From Mariniblastus sp. (GTDB taxonomy: Bacteria; Planctomycetota; Planctomycetia; Pirellulales; Pirellulaceae), in contig JABACA010000005.1 of assembly GCA_014237975.1 (NCBI GenBank), positions 2,473 to 66,472 on the forward strand: DNA of 64,000 bases, given 5' to 3'. The notes under the pieces were generated by a model. The model saw only the letters and a program-made list of their open reading frames with translations, did no database searches and was not told the DNA's origin. The position numbers and the translations under genes are program-made. Shown piece after piece: positions 9,369-18,137 of this stretch. How positions within the stretch are numbered: position 1 is the first letter of the stretch; each line of letters opens with the position of its first letter.

Positions 9369-11075
9369 CTAGTGCGTTTGAGGTTCGGGCTCCACCTTGG
9401 GGTGCTCGCTGGGCTCCATGAATTCACGAAGGACGTAAGTATCCAGTTCTTCGTCGTAAACCATGGATTCAAATTCATAGGGACCGCACAGGACTGGCTG
9501 GTGGATGAAGTTGTGGAAATCGGGCGGTGAACTGCTTTGCCACTCCAGGGAGGCTGCACCGAACGGGTTGCCAGCAACCTTGGGCCCTTTGAATACTGCA
9601 TAAACCAGGACTCCAAATGCCAACACGATGCCCAAACCCAGTACGAAGGCGCCTACTGTCGACCACTGGTGAAAAATGATGAATTCCGGATCGTACGAGG
9701 CGTAACGCCGCGGCATTCCCCGGGCACCCATGACGAACTGTGGAAAAAACGTCACATTAAAACCTAGGAACACCAAAAAGCAGCTGAGCCGCCCCAGGTT
9801 GTCGTTGTACATCCGGCCAAACATCTTGGGCCACCAGTGAAAGACGCCTCCCAATAATGCCGTCAAAGTTCCACCCACCATGACGAAATGAAAGTGAGCG
9901 ACGATAAAGTAGGTGTCGTGCAGGTGGATGTCCGTTGACAAGGCGCCCAGGAACAGGCCGGTCAGCCCGCCAATACCAAACAGGAAAATGAACGACAGTG
10001 CGTAGCACATGGGTGTCGTCAGGGCGATGGATCCCTTGTACATCGTTGCCAGCCAGTTAAACACCTTGACCGCTGACGGTATGGCAACGGTAAAGGTGAT
10101 CGCGCTGAAGATCAACGTGACCACGACCGATTGCCCGCTGGTAAACATGTGATGACCCCAGACCAGGAACCCCAGCACGGCGATGGCAACACTGGAAAAC
10201 GCGATAAAGGAATAACCAAAAACTTTCTTTCGACTGTAAACAGCAATCAGCTCACTGATCACACCCATTCCGGGCAAGATCATGATGTAAACGGCTGGGT
10301 GGGAATAGAACCAGAAAAAGTGCTGGAACAATACCGGATCACCCCCGTATTTGGGATCGAAAATCCCGATGTGCATGCTCTTTTCAGCAATCAGCAGGAG
10401 TAACGTGATACCCAGAACGGGCGTTGCCAAAATCTGGATGATGGCCGTTGAATACAAGCCCCACAGGAACAGTGGCATCTTGAACCAGCCCTGGCCTGGC
10501 GCCCGCATCGTATTGACCGTCACCAGGAAGTTAAGCCCGGTAAAGATCGAGCTGAATCCAAGCACAAACGCGCCGAATGTTGCGTAGATGACCCCGGTAT
10601 CGGTCTGGATCGAATACGGTGTGTAAAACGTCCAGCCGGTATCCAGCCCCCTACCCGAGAGGATGGCCCACAACAAAAACCCGGTCCCAATGACCCACAG
10701 ATAAAAACTGCACAGGTTCAAGCGGGGAAACGCTACATCCTTGGCCCCCAACATCATCGGCAGGACAAAGTTACCCAAAGCGGCCGGGATACTGGGGATG
10801 ATGAAGGCAAACACCATCACCGCACCGTGCAGCGTGAACATCTGGTTGTACATTTTGTCGGAGAGCAGCTCCGAGGTGTTGGTCCACAGGTTCGTTCGTA
10901 AAACCAGTGCAAAAACTCCGGCCAGCAACAGGGCGAACGTCACACCAATCAGGTACATGACGCCAATTCGCTTGTGATCCAGGGTGAAAGCCCATGAGCG
11001 AAACCCCTTGGAGCAGTTGAGGTAGTTATTCTCGGCGTGCCCAAAGAGTTTTTTTCGTTCTGCTGCAGTTGCCAT
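9369..11075 (-). CDS. ctaD: Cytochrome c oxidase subunit I
   Basis: ORF 9369..11075. [44 protein letters not shown] and HFHFVMVGG are canonical heme-copper oxidase subunit I motifs. Confidence 0.95.
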   Translation of the reverse strand: MATAAERKKLFGHAENNYLNCSKGFRSWAFTLDHKRIGVMYLIGVTFALLLAGVFALVLRTNLWTNTSELLSDKMYNQMFTLHGAVMVFAFIIPSIPAALGNFVLPMMLGAKDVAFPRLNLCSFYLWVIGTGFLLWAILSGRGLDTGWTFYTPYSIQTDTGVIYATFGAFVLGFSSIFTGLNFLVTVNTMRAPGQGWFKMPLFLWGLYSTAIIQILATPVLGITLLLLIAEKSMHIGIFDPKYGGDPVLFQHFFWFYSHPAVYIMILPGMGVISELIAVYSRKKVFGYSFIAFSSVAIAVLGFLVWGHHMFTSGQSVVVTLIFSAITFTVAIPSAVKVFNWLATMYKGSIALTTPMCYALSFIFLFGIGGLTGLFLGALSTDIHLHDTYFIVAHFHFVMVGGTLTALLGGVFHWWPKMFGRMYNDNLGRLSCFLVFLGFNVTFFPQFVMGARGMPRRYASYDPEFIIFHQWSTVGAFVLGLGIVLAFGVLVYAVFKGPKVAGNPFGAASLEWQSSSPPDFHNFIHQPVLCGPYEFESMVYDEELDTYVLREFMEPSEHPKVEPEPQTH

Positions 11076-11114
11076 CTTGGTGACCTCGATTCAAAGCAAT
11101 GTCGCTTTGATTAT

Positions 11115-12470
11115 CTAATTAATTGTCTTTGTTTTCGGGTTTCTTGTCGGATTGATCGTCGGCCGTTTTGTCGTCGGCCGTTTTGTCGTCCGCCGCTTTG
11201 TCGTCCGCCGCTTTGTCGTCCGCCGCTTTGTCGTCGGCCGTTTTGTCGTCGGTTGCTTTGGTGTCGGTTGCTTTGTCGTCGGTTGCTTTGTCGTCGGTTG
11301 CTTTGTCGTCGGATCGTCGGCCGCCTTGCCGTCGGTTGCTTTGTCGTCGGTTGCTTTGTCGTCGGTTGCTTTGGCAGGATCGGCCGGGCTCGCTCCGTCA
11401 GCCGGCTCCGGTTCCACCACCGTATCTTCAGCGGGGAATTTCGCCGGGTCTTTCAGGTAGCGGATATAGTCGATCAGGTAACCGATCTCCTTGTCGTTCA
11501 ACTTGCCCTGGAACGAAGGCATCTTGGAAACCGTACCAGTCGTTCCATAGTTTTCCACCAATGTCTTGCTGGGCTCCAGGATCGACTCGCGAACATAGTT
11601 TTCATCGACCTTGACCGTTGTCCCATCGGATAGTCTTTCATCGGTACCCCAGATCGTGTTCAAAGCGGGCCCCGTTTTAACACTGCCGTCGATGCCGTGG
11701 CAGCCCGAGCAATTGATCTGAAACAGGCGTCTGCCATTGACCCAGCCAACGTGCTTTTCGTTTTCCCACTTGGTTGTGTTTTTTCGGTCTGCCTCGTCTT
11801 TGTGAACCGTACAAACCGTTCTCATGCGCGAGTGGCCTGTGCCGCAGTACTCAGCACAGGCAAGTCGGTAGGCGCCCACTTTGTTGGGAGCCAGATAGGC
11901 ATAGGTGTATCGGCCCGGAACAATATCCATTTTCTGTCGGAAAGCGGGAATAAACAGACCGTGCAACACGTCGTCTGACTGCATGATCAGTTTGACGGGC
12001 CGGTTGACAACAATATGCAACTCTTTGGAAACGTCCCCATCGGGATAGACGAATTTCCAGTTGAACTGGTTGGCCGTAACATAAATCTCCTCGGAGTCAT
12101 CCAAGGGTACCCGCATTTCAAAATAACCCTTTGCGCCGGCGTAAAAAATCCAGACCAGGATAATGCTCGGAATGACCGACCAGAAAATCTCGAGGGCCGT
12201 ATTGTGGGACGAGCTGGGCTCCGGATCGACGCCTTCGCGCCGTCGGTACTTGATCATGAAATAAACCATAAAGCCGATGATGAGCACAAAAAACACGGTC
12301 GAGATCCACAAAATCGCCATGTACAGGAAATCGTAATCCCTGGCAAACGTACTGGCCTGTTCGGGGAACCAGTAACTGCCCTGGTGAACCACAGAGGATT
12401 CGGGCATCGGGATGTCGTCTTGGATCGGCAGGTCGTTTTGGGCCAACATGGGAGCAACAAATAAATTCAT
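11115..12470 (-). CDS. ctaC: Cytochrome c oxidase subunit II fused to a mono-heme cytochrome c domain (caa3 type) with a repetitive K/T/P-rich C-terminal tail
   Basis: ORF 11115..12470. It has two N-terminal TM helices, the CuA site CAEYCGTGHSRM and the heme c site CSGCHG. The last ~70 aa are pentapeptide repeats (KATDD, TTKQP, TTKRR). Confidence 0.9.
   Translation of the reverse strand: MNLFVAPMLAQNDLPIQDDIPMPESSVVHQGSYWFPEQASTFARDYDFLYMAILWISTVFFVLIIGFMVYFMIKYRRREGVDPEPSSSHNTALEIFWSVIPSIILVWIFYAGAKGYFEMRVPLDDSEEIYVTANQFNWKFVYPDGDVSKELHIVVNRPVKLIMQSDDVLHGLFIPAFRQKMDIVPGRYTYAYLAPNKVGAYRLACAEYCGTGHSRMRTVCTVHKDEADRKNTTKWENEKHVGWVNGRRLFQINCSGCHGIDGSVKTGPALNTIWGTDERLSDGTTVKVDENYVRESILEPSKTLVENYGTTGTVSKMPSFQGKLNDKEIGYLIDYIRYLKDPAKFPAEDTVVEPEPADGASPADPAKATDDKATDDKATDGKAADDPTTKQPTTKQPTTKQPTPKQPTTKRPTTKRRTTKRRTTKRRTTKRPTTKRPTINPTRNPKTKTIN
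11156..11373. repeat. About 14 tandem copies of a 15-bp unit (TCGTCGGCCGTTTTG and variants), in frame within the coxII 3' end
   Basis: Read directly from the sequence. There are three unit variants (GGCCGTTTT, CGCCGCTTT, GGTTGCTTT) with one irregular junction near 11306-11330. Confidence 0.9.
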
Positions 12471-12486
12471 GGAATCAAAACCGGTA

Positions 12487-13377
12487 TCAAGGTGTTGATG
12501 GATGGGTTGTTATTTTTTCATGTACGTCCGGCACTTGAGCAGCAGGGCTGCCATTGCGCCGGAAGAACCAGTAAGGCACCAGTGCGATCAAAAGTGACAG
12601 CGCGGTAATCGCGCCGGCAATTCGCATGATGCCCATGATTTGCGTTGTATATTGCCCAGTCGATTCGTCGTACACGAAGCAACCGAGGGCGTAGCTGAGC
12701 TGGTTGATGGGCGAGCCAATTTTTCCCTCGGCCGCCTCGATCAAGGCCCGCTCGATGGTGACAGGTTTGTAGTCGAGCCCGTGAATGTAGCGAACAATTT
12801 TCCCCTTGGGAGAGATCAGAAAGAACACGGGTGGATGGGAATACAGTTTTTGATGCCTAATGTATTTGTACTTAAACCCACAGCTGTCAGTCATGAACTG
12901 GATCGTGTCCGGGTCGGCCACCAGGAAATGAAAGCCATCTTCGGAGCCGCGGCGGTTATACATCTTGGTGTAGACCTGCTTGGTTGCCTTTGCCCGAGAG
13001 GTCTGTTCCAGCGGATCAATACTGATCGAAACGACCTCGAAATCCTTGCCCACCGAAAAATCGAGCTGCCCCAGTGCCAAGGTCATGTTTTCCAGCTGCA
13101 CACTGCACAGCTTTGGGCAGTTGGAATAATTGAATGAGAGAATGACCGGCTTGTTGCCCTCAAAAAAGTCACCCAGCCGAACGTAACGATTGTGGTCGTC
13201 GTGGAACTGCGTGTCGAGTTCCAGCATGTCTCCCAGCCTGGAGACAACCTCAACCCCCTTGGTTGCTTCCGGCTCCCGGTTCAGTTGGCCGTAAACAGGC
13301 AATGCCATCATTCCCACGATGGCAATCGCAAACAACGAGCAGGCCGCATTTCGAATTGAACAAGCGTTCGGTTTCAT
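12487..13377 (-). CDS. SCO1/SenC family copper chaperone (thioredoxin fold) with C-terminal TM helix
   Basis: ORF 12487..13377. It has an N-terminal signal/anchor, the CPKLC (CxxxC) copper site, a thioredoxin-like core, and a position between the ACIII and cox genes. Confidence 0.85.
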   Translation of the reverse strand: MKPNACSIRNAACSLFAIAIVGMMALPVYGQLNREPEATKGVEVVSRLGDMLELDTQFHDDHNRYVRLGDFFEGNKPVILSFNYSNCPKLCSVQLENMTLALGQLDFSVGKDFEVVSISIDPLEQTSRAKATKQVYTKMYNRRGSEDGFHFLVADPDTIQFMTDSCGFKYKYIRHQKLYSHPPVFFLISPKGKIVRYIHGLDYKPVTIERALIEAAEGKIGSPINQLSYALGCFVYDESTGQYTTQIMGIMRIAGAITALSLLIALVPYWFFRRNGSPAAQVPDVHEKITTHPSTP

Positions 13378-13413
13378 CAGTTAATTTGAATCTCTATGGT
13401 TCAGGTGGTTGCG

Positions 13414-13776
13414 TTAATGGGGTTTGTCGGGCGAATCGGCCGGTTTATGACCGTACTCTGCAATCACTTTGTTCATCGAATCTTCGATGGAAATCGTGCC
13501 GGGCAGGTCTCCGGTCAGCATTGATTTCTGGTCTTTTATCAGTTTGTTGATCGGGGTGTTGGGGTAATCGGTGATTCGCTCACGAATGAAACTACCTTGC
13601 CACTTGTAGCAAAGGCCCTGTACGAAAGCGATCGTCAAAAACGTCACGATGGCCGAAATGACACCCACCAACAGAATAACCGGCGTGTTGAGGTCGTCAT
13701 AACCTGGTTTGTCACCATGCCCACTGTCGTGGACGGCATCGTCCTGGTGATCGTGATCGACTGTCTCAGTTGTCAT
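13414..13776 (-). CDS. Small single-TM protein with His/Asp-rich N-terminus (possible ACIII/oxidase accessory subunit)
   Basis: ORF 13414..13902, trimmed to the ATG at 13776 because the upstream part overlaps the actF 3' end. Sequence is MTTETVDHDHQDDAVHDSGHGDKPGYDD followed by TM helix VILLVGVISAIVTFLTIAFV. No family recognised. Confidence 0.45.
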   Translation of the reverse strand: MTTETVDHDHQDDAVHDSGHGDKPGYDDLNTPVILLVGVISAIVTFLTIAFVQGLCYKWQGSFIRERITDYPNTPINKLIKDQKSMLTGDLPGTISIEDSMNKVIAEYGHKPADSPDKPH

Positions 13777-13820
13777 GGGTTTAATCTCGAACGGTTTTCC
13801 AAGGGAAATAAAAATCGGGT

Positions 13821-15143
13821 TTAAGGATTGTGGTGGGCCAAGGCTTCGCCCAGCCTGGGGTCCTTTAGCGGTACCAGCGGACGGTCGCGAGCGATCAGGC
13901 AAAACAATGCAACAAATACGCCAGCCATTCCAATCGCACAGGGAATATCGATCAGCGGCTTAAAGTGCATCGCAAGCCCGGCTGCCGGACCGACGTGGTC
14001 GGAGATGATATCCGAATATTGCGGCATCACGATCCAGTAATGATCAACCCAGTGCATGACCAACAGATAGATCGCGGCGTAGACCAGGAAGTTCTTGCTG
14101 CGGCGTACCGTACGGGCCATCAGCGCGAGCAGTGGAATCAAAAGATGGCCAAATAGCAGCAGCAAGGAAAACCACTGCCAGCCTGTCATCACACCGTCGG
14201 GTGCCGGGTTGATTCGCCAGGCAAACCAGAACGTCTCCTCCGGAATGTTCGCGTACCAAATCAGCATGAACTGGCTGAACGCGATGTAGCCCCAGAAAAT
14301 GACAAACGAAAACATCAATTTTCCCAGGTCATGGTAATGCTCAACCGTTATCTCATCCGTGACTCGCCCGCTGCGTTGCAGCCACAGGCAAATCAGGGTG
14401 ATGGCGGCCAAGGCGCTTAACACGCCACCCGAAAAGAAATAAACGGGCCACATGGTGCTAAACCAGAATGGCGCCAGTGACATCTCAAAATCGATCGAAG
14501 AAAAGACGAGCGTGGCAGCAAACAAGATCATCATCCAGGTGCTGTGTTTTTGCATCTTGGCGGTGAGGTTCTTGTCGCCCGTCTTGTCCTGCTTGAGTGA
14601 GTTGCTCAAAAAGAACCAGGCCATGGCGCCCCAGATCGCGAAGTAAGTCACCATTCGTCCAGCGAAGAACCAGCGGTTCAGATAATACGACTTCAGTTCT
14701 TCGATCGGCGGCGGGTATTTGGATGCATCCAGAACCGCTTGCTTTTCAGCCGCATCGCCATGGATCGACCAGCCTGGCTGGTTCCATACGTATACTTCGT
14801 CCGAGCCAGCCATCAACGGTATCAGGATCGGCAGGTACAGGATGAACATGGGCAACGTGCACATCGCGATGATCTCGGCGATGCGACGCACGGTAACGCT
14901 CCAGCCAGCTCGGGTCAGGTGCATCACGATGACAAAAAACAGCCCCCCCAGGCAGAGTGACATCAAACAGCAGAAACCGGTCAGGTAAGCAAACGAAAAA
15001 CGTTGCATGTTGAAACCGGAAAAAAGCAAGGCACCCCCGATTCCGGCTGCCGCAACAATCAACGAAATGGGAATCAGCCGCAAATAATTGTCTTTGAGTG
15101 AGACAATCGGCGACGTGATTTTTGCTGGTTGTACTTCGTGCAT
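13821..15143 (-). CDS. actF: Alternative complex III subunit ActF-like polytopic membrane protein
   Basis: ORF 13821..15143. It has about 10 TM helices and no cofactor motif. It is assigned from its position after actD/E in the conserved act gene order. Confidence 0.65.
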   Translation of the reverse strand: MHEVQPAKITSPIVSLKDNYLRLIPISLIVAAAGIGGALLFSGFNMQRFSFAYLTGFCCLMSLCLGGLFFVIVMHLTRAGWSVTVRRIAEIIAMCTLPMFILYLPILIPLMAGSDEVYVWNQPGWSIHGDAAEKQAVLDASKYPPPIEELKSYYLNRWFFAGRMVTYFAIWGAMAWFFLSNSLKQDKTGDKNLTAKMQKHSTWMMILFAATLVFSSIDFEMSLAPFWFSTMWPVYFFSGGVLSALAAITLICLWLQRSGRVTDEITVEHYHDLGKLMFSFVIFWGYIAFSQFMLIWYANIPEETFWFAWRINPAPDGVMTGWQWFSLLLLFGHLLIPLLALMARTVRRSKNFLVYAAIYLLVMHWVDHYWIVMPQYSDIISDHVGPAAGLAMHFKPLIDIPCAIGMAGVFVALFCLIARDRPLVPLKDPRLGEALAHHNP

Positions 15144-15211
15144 GTTACTATCGCAAATTAACCGTTGTGAATTTGGTATGTCCTAATGTCTGTTCGTCTG
15201 TTGCCCATGCC

Positions 15212-16642
15212 TTATTCGGCAACGGCTTTTTCAACCGCCTTGGTCATCGTCGTTGGTTTGATGCCAGTGCCTTGTAAGGCGCGAACATAAGCTACGATCG
15301 CCCATCGATCTTCGACGGGGATCTGTGATTTGTAGGGCCCCATCGTGCCTCGTCCATTGGAAATGGTGTCGAAAATTCGGCCGACAGGGTTCTTTTTAGT
15401 TTCTGGATCATTCAGTGATTTTGCTGCGGTCCATTGGGCCTGTCCGGATGCAGCCAGCGCCATGGCCCGTGCGTTGACCAACCCGTCTCCGTTGCCAGCG
15501 TAGCCGTGGCAAACCGAACAATAAATATTGAAACGTCTCTGCCCGCGTTCCAGCAGAGCCTGATTCACATGCACGTTGGCCGGGAACTGGGTCACCCAGT
15601 CAGGCTCCGGTGCTGCTGCCGGATCGTCTTTGGCCGGTTCTGCCGGTTTGTCTTTGGCCGCTTCGTCCTGGTGTGAATCATCCTGGTGAGCCGCATCTTG
15701 CAGTCCGGTGTGAACTCCCGCCGTGGAGATGGTTGCAAATGATTCGGTGCCTGACTTGATGCCCCGGAAATACTCGCTATCCGTATACAGGTCTCCGCGG
15801 GCAATCGTTCCCGGGATCGGCTCTTGCATGGCCCGGCCGTCGACAAACAGGAAATTGGGGTGTTGTTCATCGCCCAGGTTGGGAGCCAGTGTCTGGGTCT
15901 TGTACTTTTCCTGCCAGTCCATGTCGGGAACGACATGCAATCGCGGTTTTCGGCTGGTCATGCCTTCCGCCCTGAAAATCAGGACGGGTGGAATCAACAG
16001 AATCAGTGCCGTCATCAGCCCTGCCAGTTGCAACCAACTGGGAAGTTGCTGATCCGTCAGGTCTTCATTGACCTCTTCAACGACCGAAGCGCCCCACTGG
16101 CTGAGCTGGGATTCGGTTTCCTCGCGTTTGAATTGAGGGTCTTTGGTCTCGATCAGCAGAAAAAATTTGTCGTTCGTGACCCGCTTGAATCGGGAAATGC
16201 GGTGCAGCGGGTTGGCCAGTCGGGGCAGCCGGTTGAGTGCCCACATTCCCAAAAAAGTCGCAATCGCGCTCGACAGAATCACGATTTCAAAGGTGACTGG
16301 AATATTGGCAGGCAGACTGAAAAACGGCTTGCCACTGATCATGAAGTTGTAGCCCGGGAACAGTGGCGACCAGTCACCGGCGTTGGCATAGTACTGCATC
16401 CCCAAGCCAACGGCACAGCCGGTCAGCCCAATGATCAACACGAAGAAGGGCAAGATGGTGCGGGGAATGCCAAGCGCAGGATCGATTCCATGCACCGGAA
16501 ACGGCGAATACGCATCGATTTTGTTATAGCCCGATTCACGCGCTTCATTACAGGCACGCACCAGCGAACCGGGGTCTTCGAACTGCGCCAACAGCCCTAC
16601 CAGTTTCTGGTCTGCCGTTTCTTGATTTTGTTTTTCGGTCAT
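15212..16642 (-). CDS. Alternative complex III ActD (DUF3341-type membrane subunit) fused to ActE (mono-heme cytochrome c)
   Basis: ORF 15212..16642. The N-terminus LLAQFEDPGSLVRACNEARESGYNKIDAYSPFPVHG plus 2 TM helices is ActD-like. An acidic His-rich linker follows. The C-terminus carries CSVCHG and a ...GTMGPY... cytochrome c domain, which is ActE-like. Confidence 0.8.
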   Translation of the reverse strand: MTEKQNQETADQKLVGLLAQFEDPGSLVRACNEARESGYNKIDAYSPFPVHGIDPALGIPRTILPFFVLIIGLTGCAVGLGMQYYANAGDWSPLFPGYNFMISGKPFFSLPANIPVTFEIVILSSAIATFLGMWALNRLPRLANPLHRISRFKRVTNDKFFLLIETKDPQFKREETESQLSQWGASVVEEVNEDLTDQQLPSWLQLAGLMTALILLIPPVLIFRAEGMTSRKPRLHVVPDMDWQEKYKTQTLAPNLGDEQHPNFLFVDGRAMQEPIPGTIARGDLYTDSEYFRGIKSGTESFATISTAGVHTGLQDAAHQDDSHQDEAAKDKPAEPAKDDPAAAPEPDWVTQFPANVHVNQALLERGQRRFNIYCSVCHGYAGNGDGLVNARAMALAASGQAQWTAAKSLNDPETKKNPVGRIFDTISNGRGTMGPYKSQIPVEDRWAIVAYVRALQGTGIKPTTMTKAVEKAVAE

Positions 16643-16690
16643 CTATATGGCTCACTGTGCAGGGTGCACGGGTCACAAAAATTCAGTTTG

Positions 16691-18085
16691 TTAGTGTTCG
16701 TCACTCTTAACAGGTATGACGTTTTTGACTTCGGAAATGGCGATGATCGGAAGGTATCGACAAAACAGCAGGAAGAGCGTCGTGAACAATCCAAAACTGC
16801 CAATCAACATCATGACATCAACCCCGGTGGGATGGAAATAATGCCAACTCGACGGCAAAAAATCGCGGCAAAGCGAGGTGACCGTAATCACAAAACGCTC
16901 AAACCACATTCCAATATTGACAAAGATGCAGATGACTACCATTGCAATCGTGTTGGTCCTGAAAAACTTGAACCAAAACAACTGTGGAATAAATACGTTG
17001 CAGGAAACCATGATCCAGTAGGCCCAGGAAAAATTACCGAAAGCGCGGTTGTAGAACGCAAAACGCTCGGGTGCGACGCCGGAATACCAGGAGATAAAGA
17101 ACTCGATGCCATAGGCCATGCCCACCATCAGGCCCGTGGCCATGATGATCTTGTTCATGTTTTCCAGGTGGCGAATCGTTATCAGCTGCTGTAGCCCGTA
17201 TATTTTTCGCGCCGGAACCAGCAAGGTGACCACCATGGCGAATCCGGAGAAGATAGCACCCGCCACAAAGTAAGGCGGGAAAATCGTGGTATGCCAACCG
17301 GGTACCTGCGAGACAGCAAAGTCAAAACTAACGATGGTGTGAACACTCAACACGAGCGGCGTTGCCAAGGCAGCCAGGATCACGTAGGCCGCTTCGTAGC
17401 GGTGCCAACCCCGGGCCGAGCCGGTCCAGCCGAGTGACAACAGGCTGTACACCATTTTCCGTATCTTGGTTTTGGCGCGGTCCCGGTACGTTGCAATGTC
17501 GGGCACCATGCCCATGTACCAGAATAGCAGTGAGACAGTGAAGTAAGTCCCGACAGCAAACACGTCCCATAACAACGGACTGCGGAAGTTGGGCCACATG
17601 GCCAGGTGCTCTGAGGGCACCGGGAACAGCCAGTAAAATACCCAGACCCGACCAATGTGAATGCCAGGAAACGTACCGGCACAAATCACCGCGAAAATAG
17701 TCATCGCTTCAGCGGCTCGGTTGATGCTGGTTCGCCAGTTTTGCCGGAACAGAAACAGGATCGCGGAAATCAGGGTGCCCGCATGACCAATTCCGACCCA
17801 AAAAACAAAGTTGACAATCGGCCAGCCCCAGTAAGCCGGGTTGTTATTACCCCAAACACCAACCCCTTTCATCAACAAGTGGCCAATACAGGCGCCCAGC
17901 ATCATCAACAATGATATGGCCAGGATCAGCACCAACCACCAAACCTTGGGCGCTTTGTCGGCCTCCCAGACAGAGCAGACTTTATCCGTTACGCCTGCAT
18001 AGTCCAAACCGCCAAGCACCAGAGGAGCGCGATGTTCTGGATCCTCGATCGTGTTATCCAAAATGGGTTCTACGGTTGTCGCCAT
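16691..18085 (-). CDS. actC: Alternative complex III subunit ActC (NrfD/PsrC-like quinol-interacting membrane subunit)
   Basis: ORF 16691..18085. It has about 10 TM helices and NrfD-like sequence ([26 protein letters not shown]). It lies directly after actB. Confidence 0.85.
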   Translation of the reverse strand: MATTVEPILDNTIEDPEHRAPLVLGGLDYAGVTDKVCSVWEADKAPKVWWLVLILAISLLMMLGACIGHLLMKGVGVWGNNNPAYWGWPIVNFVFWVGIGHAGTLISAILFLFRQNWRTSINRAAEAMTIFAVICAGTFPGIHIGRVWVFYWLFPVPSEHLAMWPNFRSPLLWDVFAVGTYFTVSLLFWYMGMVPDIATYRDRAKTKIRKMVYSLLSLGWTGSARGWHRYEAAYVILAALATPLVLSVHTIVSFDFAVSQVPGWHTTIFPPYFVAGAIFSGFAMVVTLLVPARKIYGLQQLITIRHLENMNKIIMATGLMVGMAYGIEFFISWYSGVAPERFAFYNRAFGNFSWAYWIMVSCNVFIPQLFWFKFFRTNTIAMVVICIFVNIGMWFERFVITVTSLCRDFLPSSWHYFHPTGVDVMMLIGSFGLFTTLFLLFCRYLPIIAISEVKNVIPVKSDEH

Positions 18086-18137
18086 TTACTCGATTCTCGT
18101 ATGAGGTGTTTTTTGTCTTGGTTGCCGCGCCAATCCA

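Noticed and set aside
11156-11373. Tandem repeat array considered as a possible CRISPR or other non-coding repeat locus
   Set aside because: The units are 15 bp, contiguous and without spacers, and they are in frame within coxII. This is a coding minisatellite, not a CRISPR array.
11037-11633. Three plus-strand ORFs (198, 102 and 148 aa) with striking CRRLL / FVVGC / ALSSA repeats
   Set aside because: They are the three antisense readings of the 15-bp tandem repeat at the coxII 3' end. Their periodicity comes from the DNA repeat, not from independent genes.
15824-17194. 456-aa plus-strand ORF, the longest unassigned ORF in the track
   Set aside because: It is antisense to actD/E and actC and even bridges their intergenic gap. 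Its composition is Q/R/H/G-rich and low in complexity with no domain pattern, and the minus-strand genes are strongly supported. It is most likely a mirror-frame artefact.
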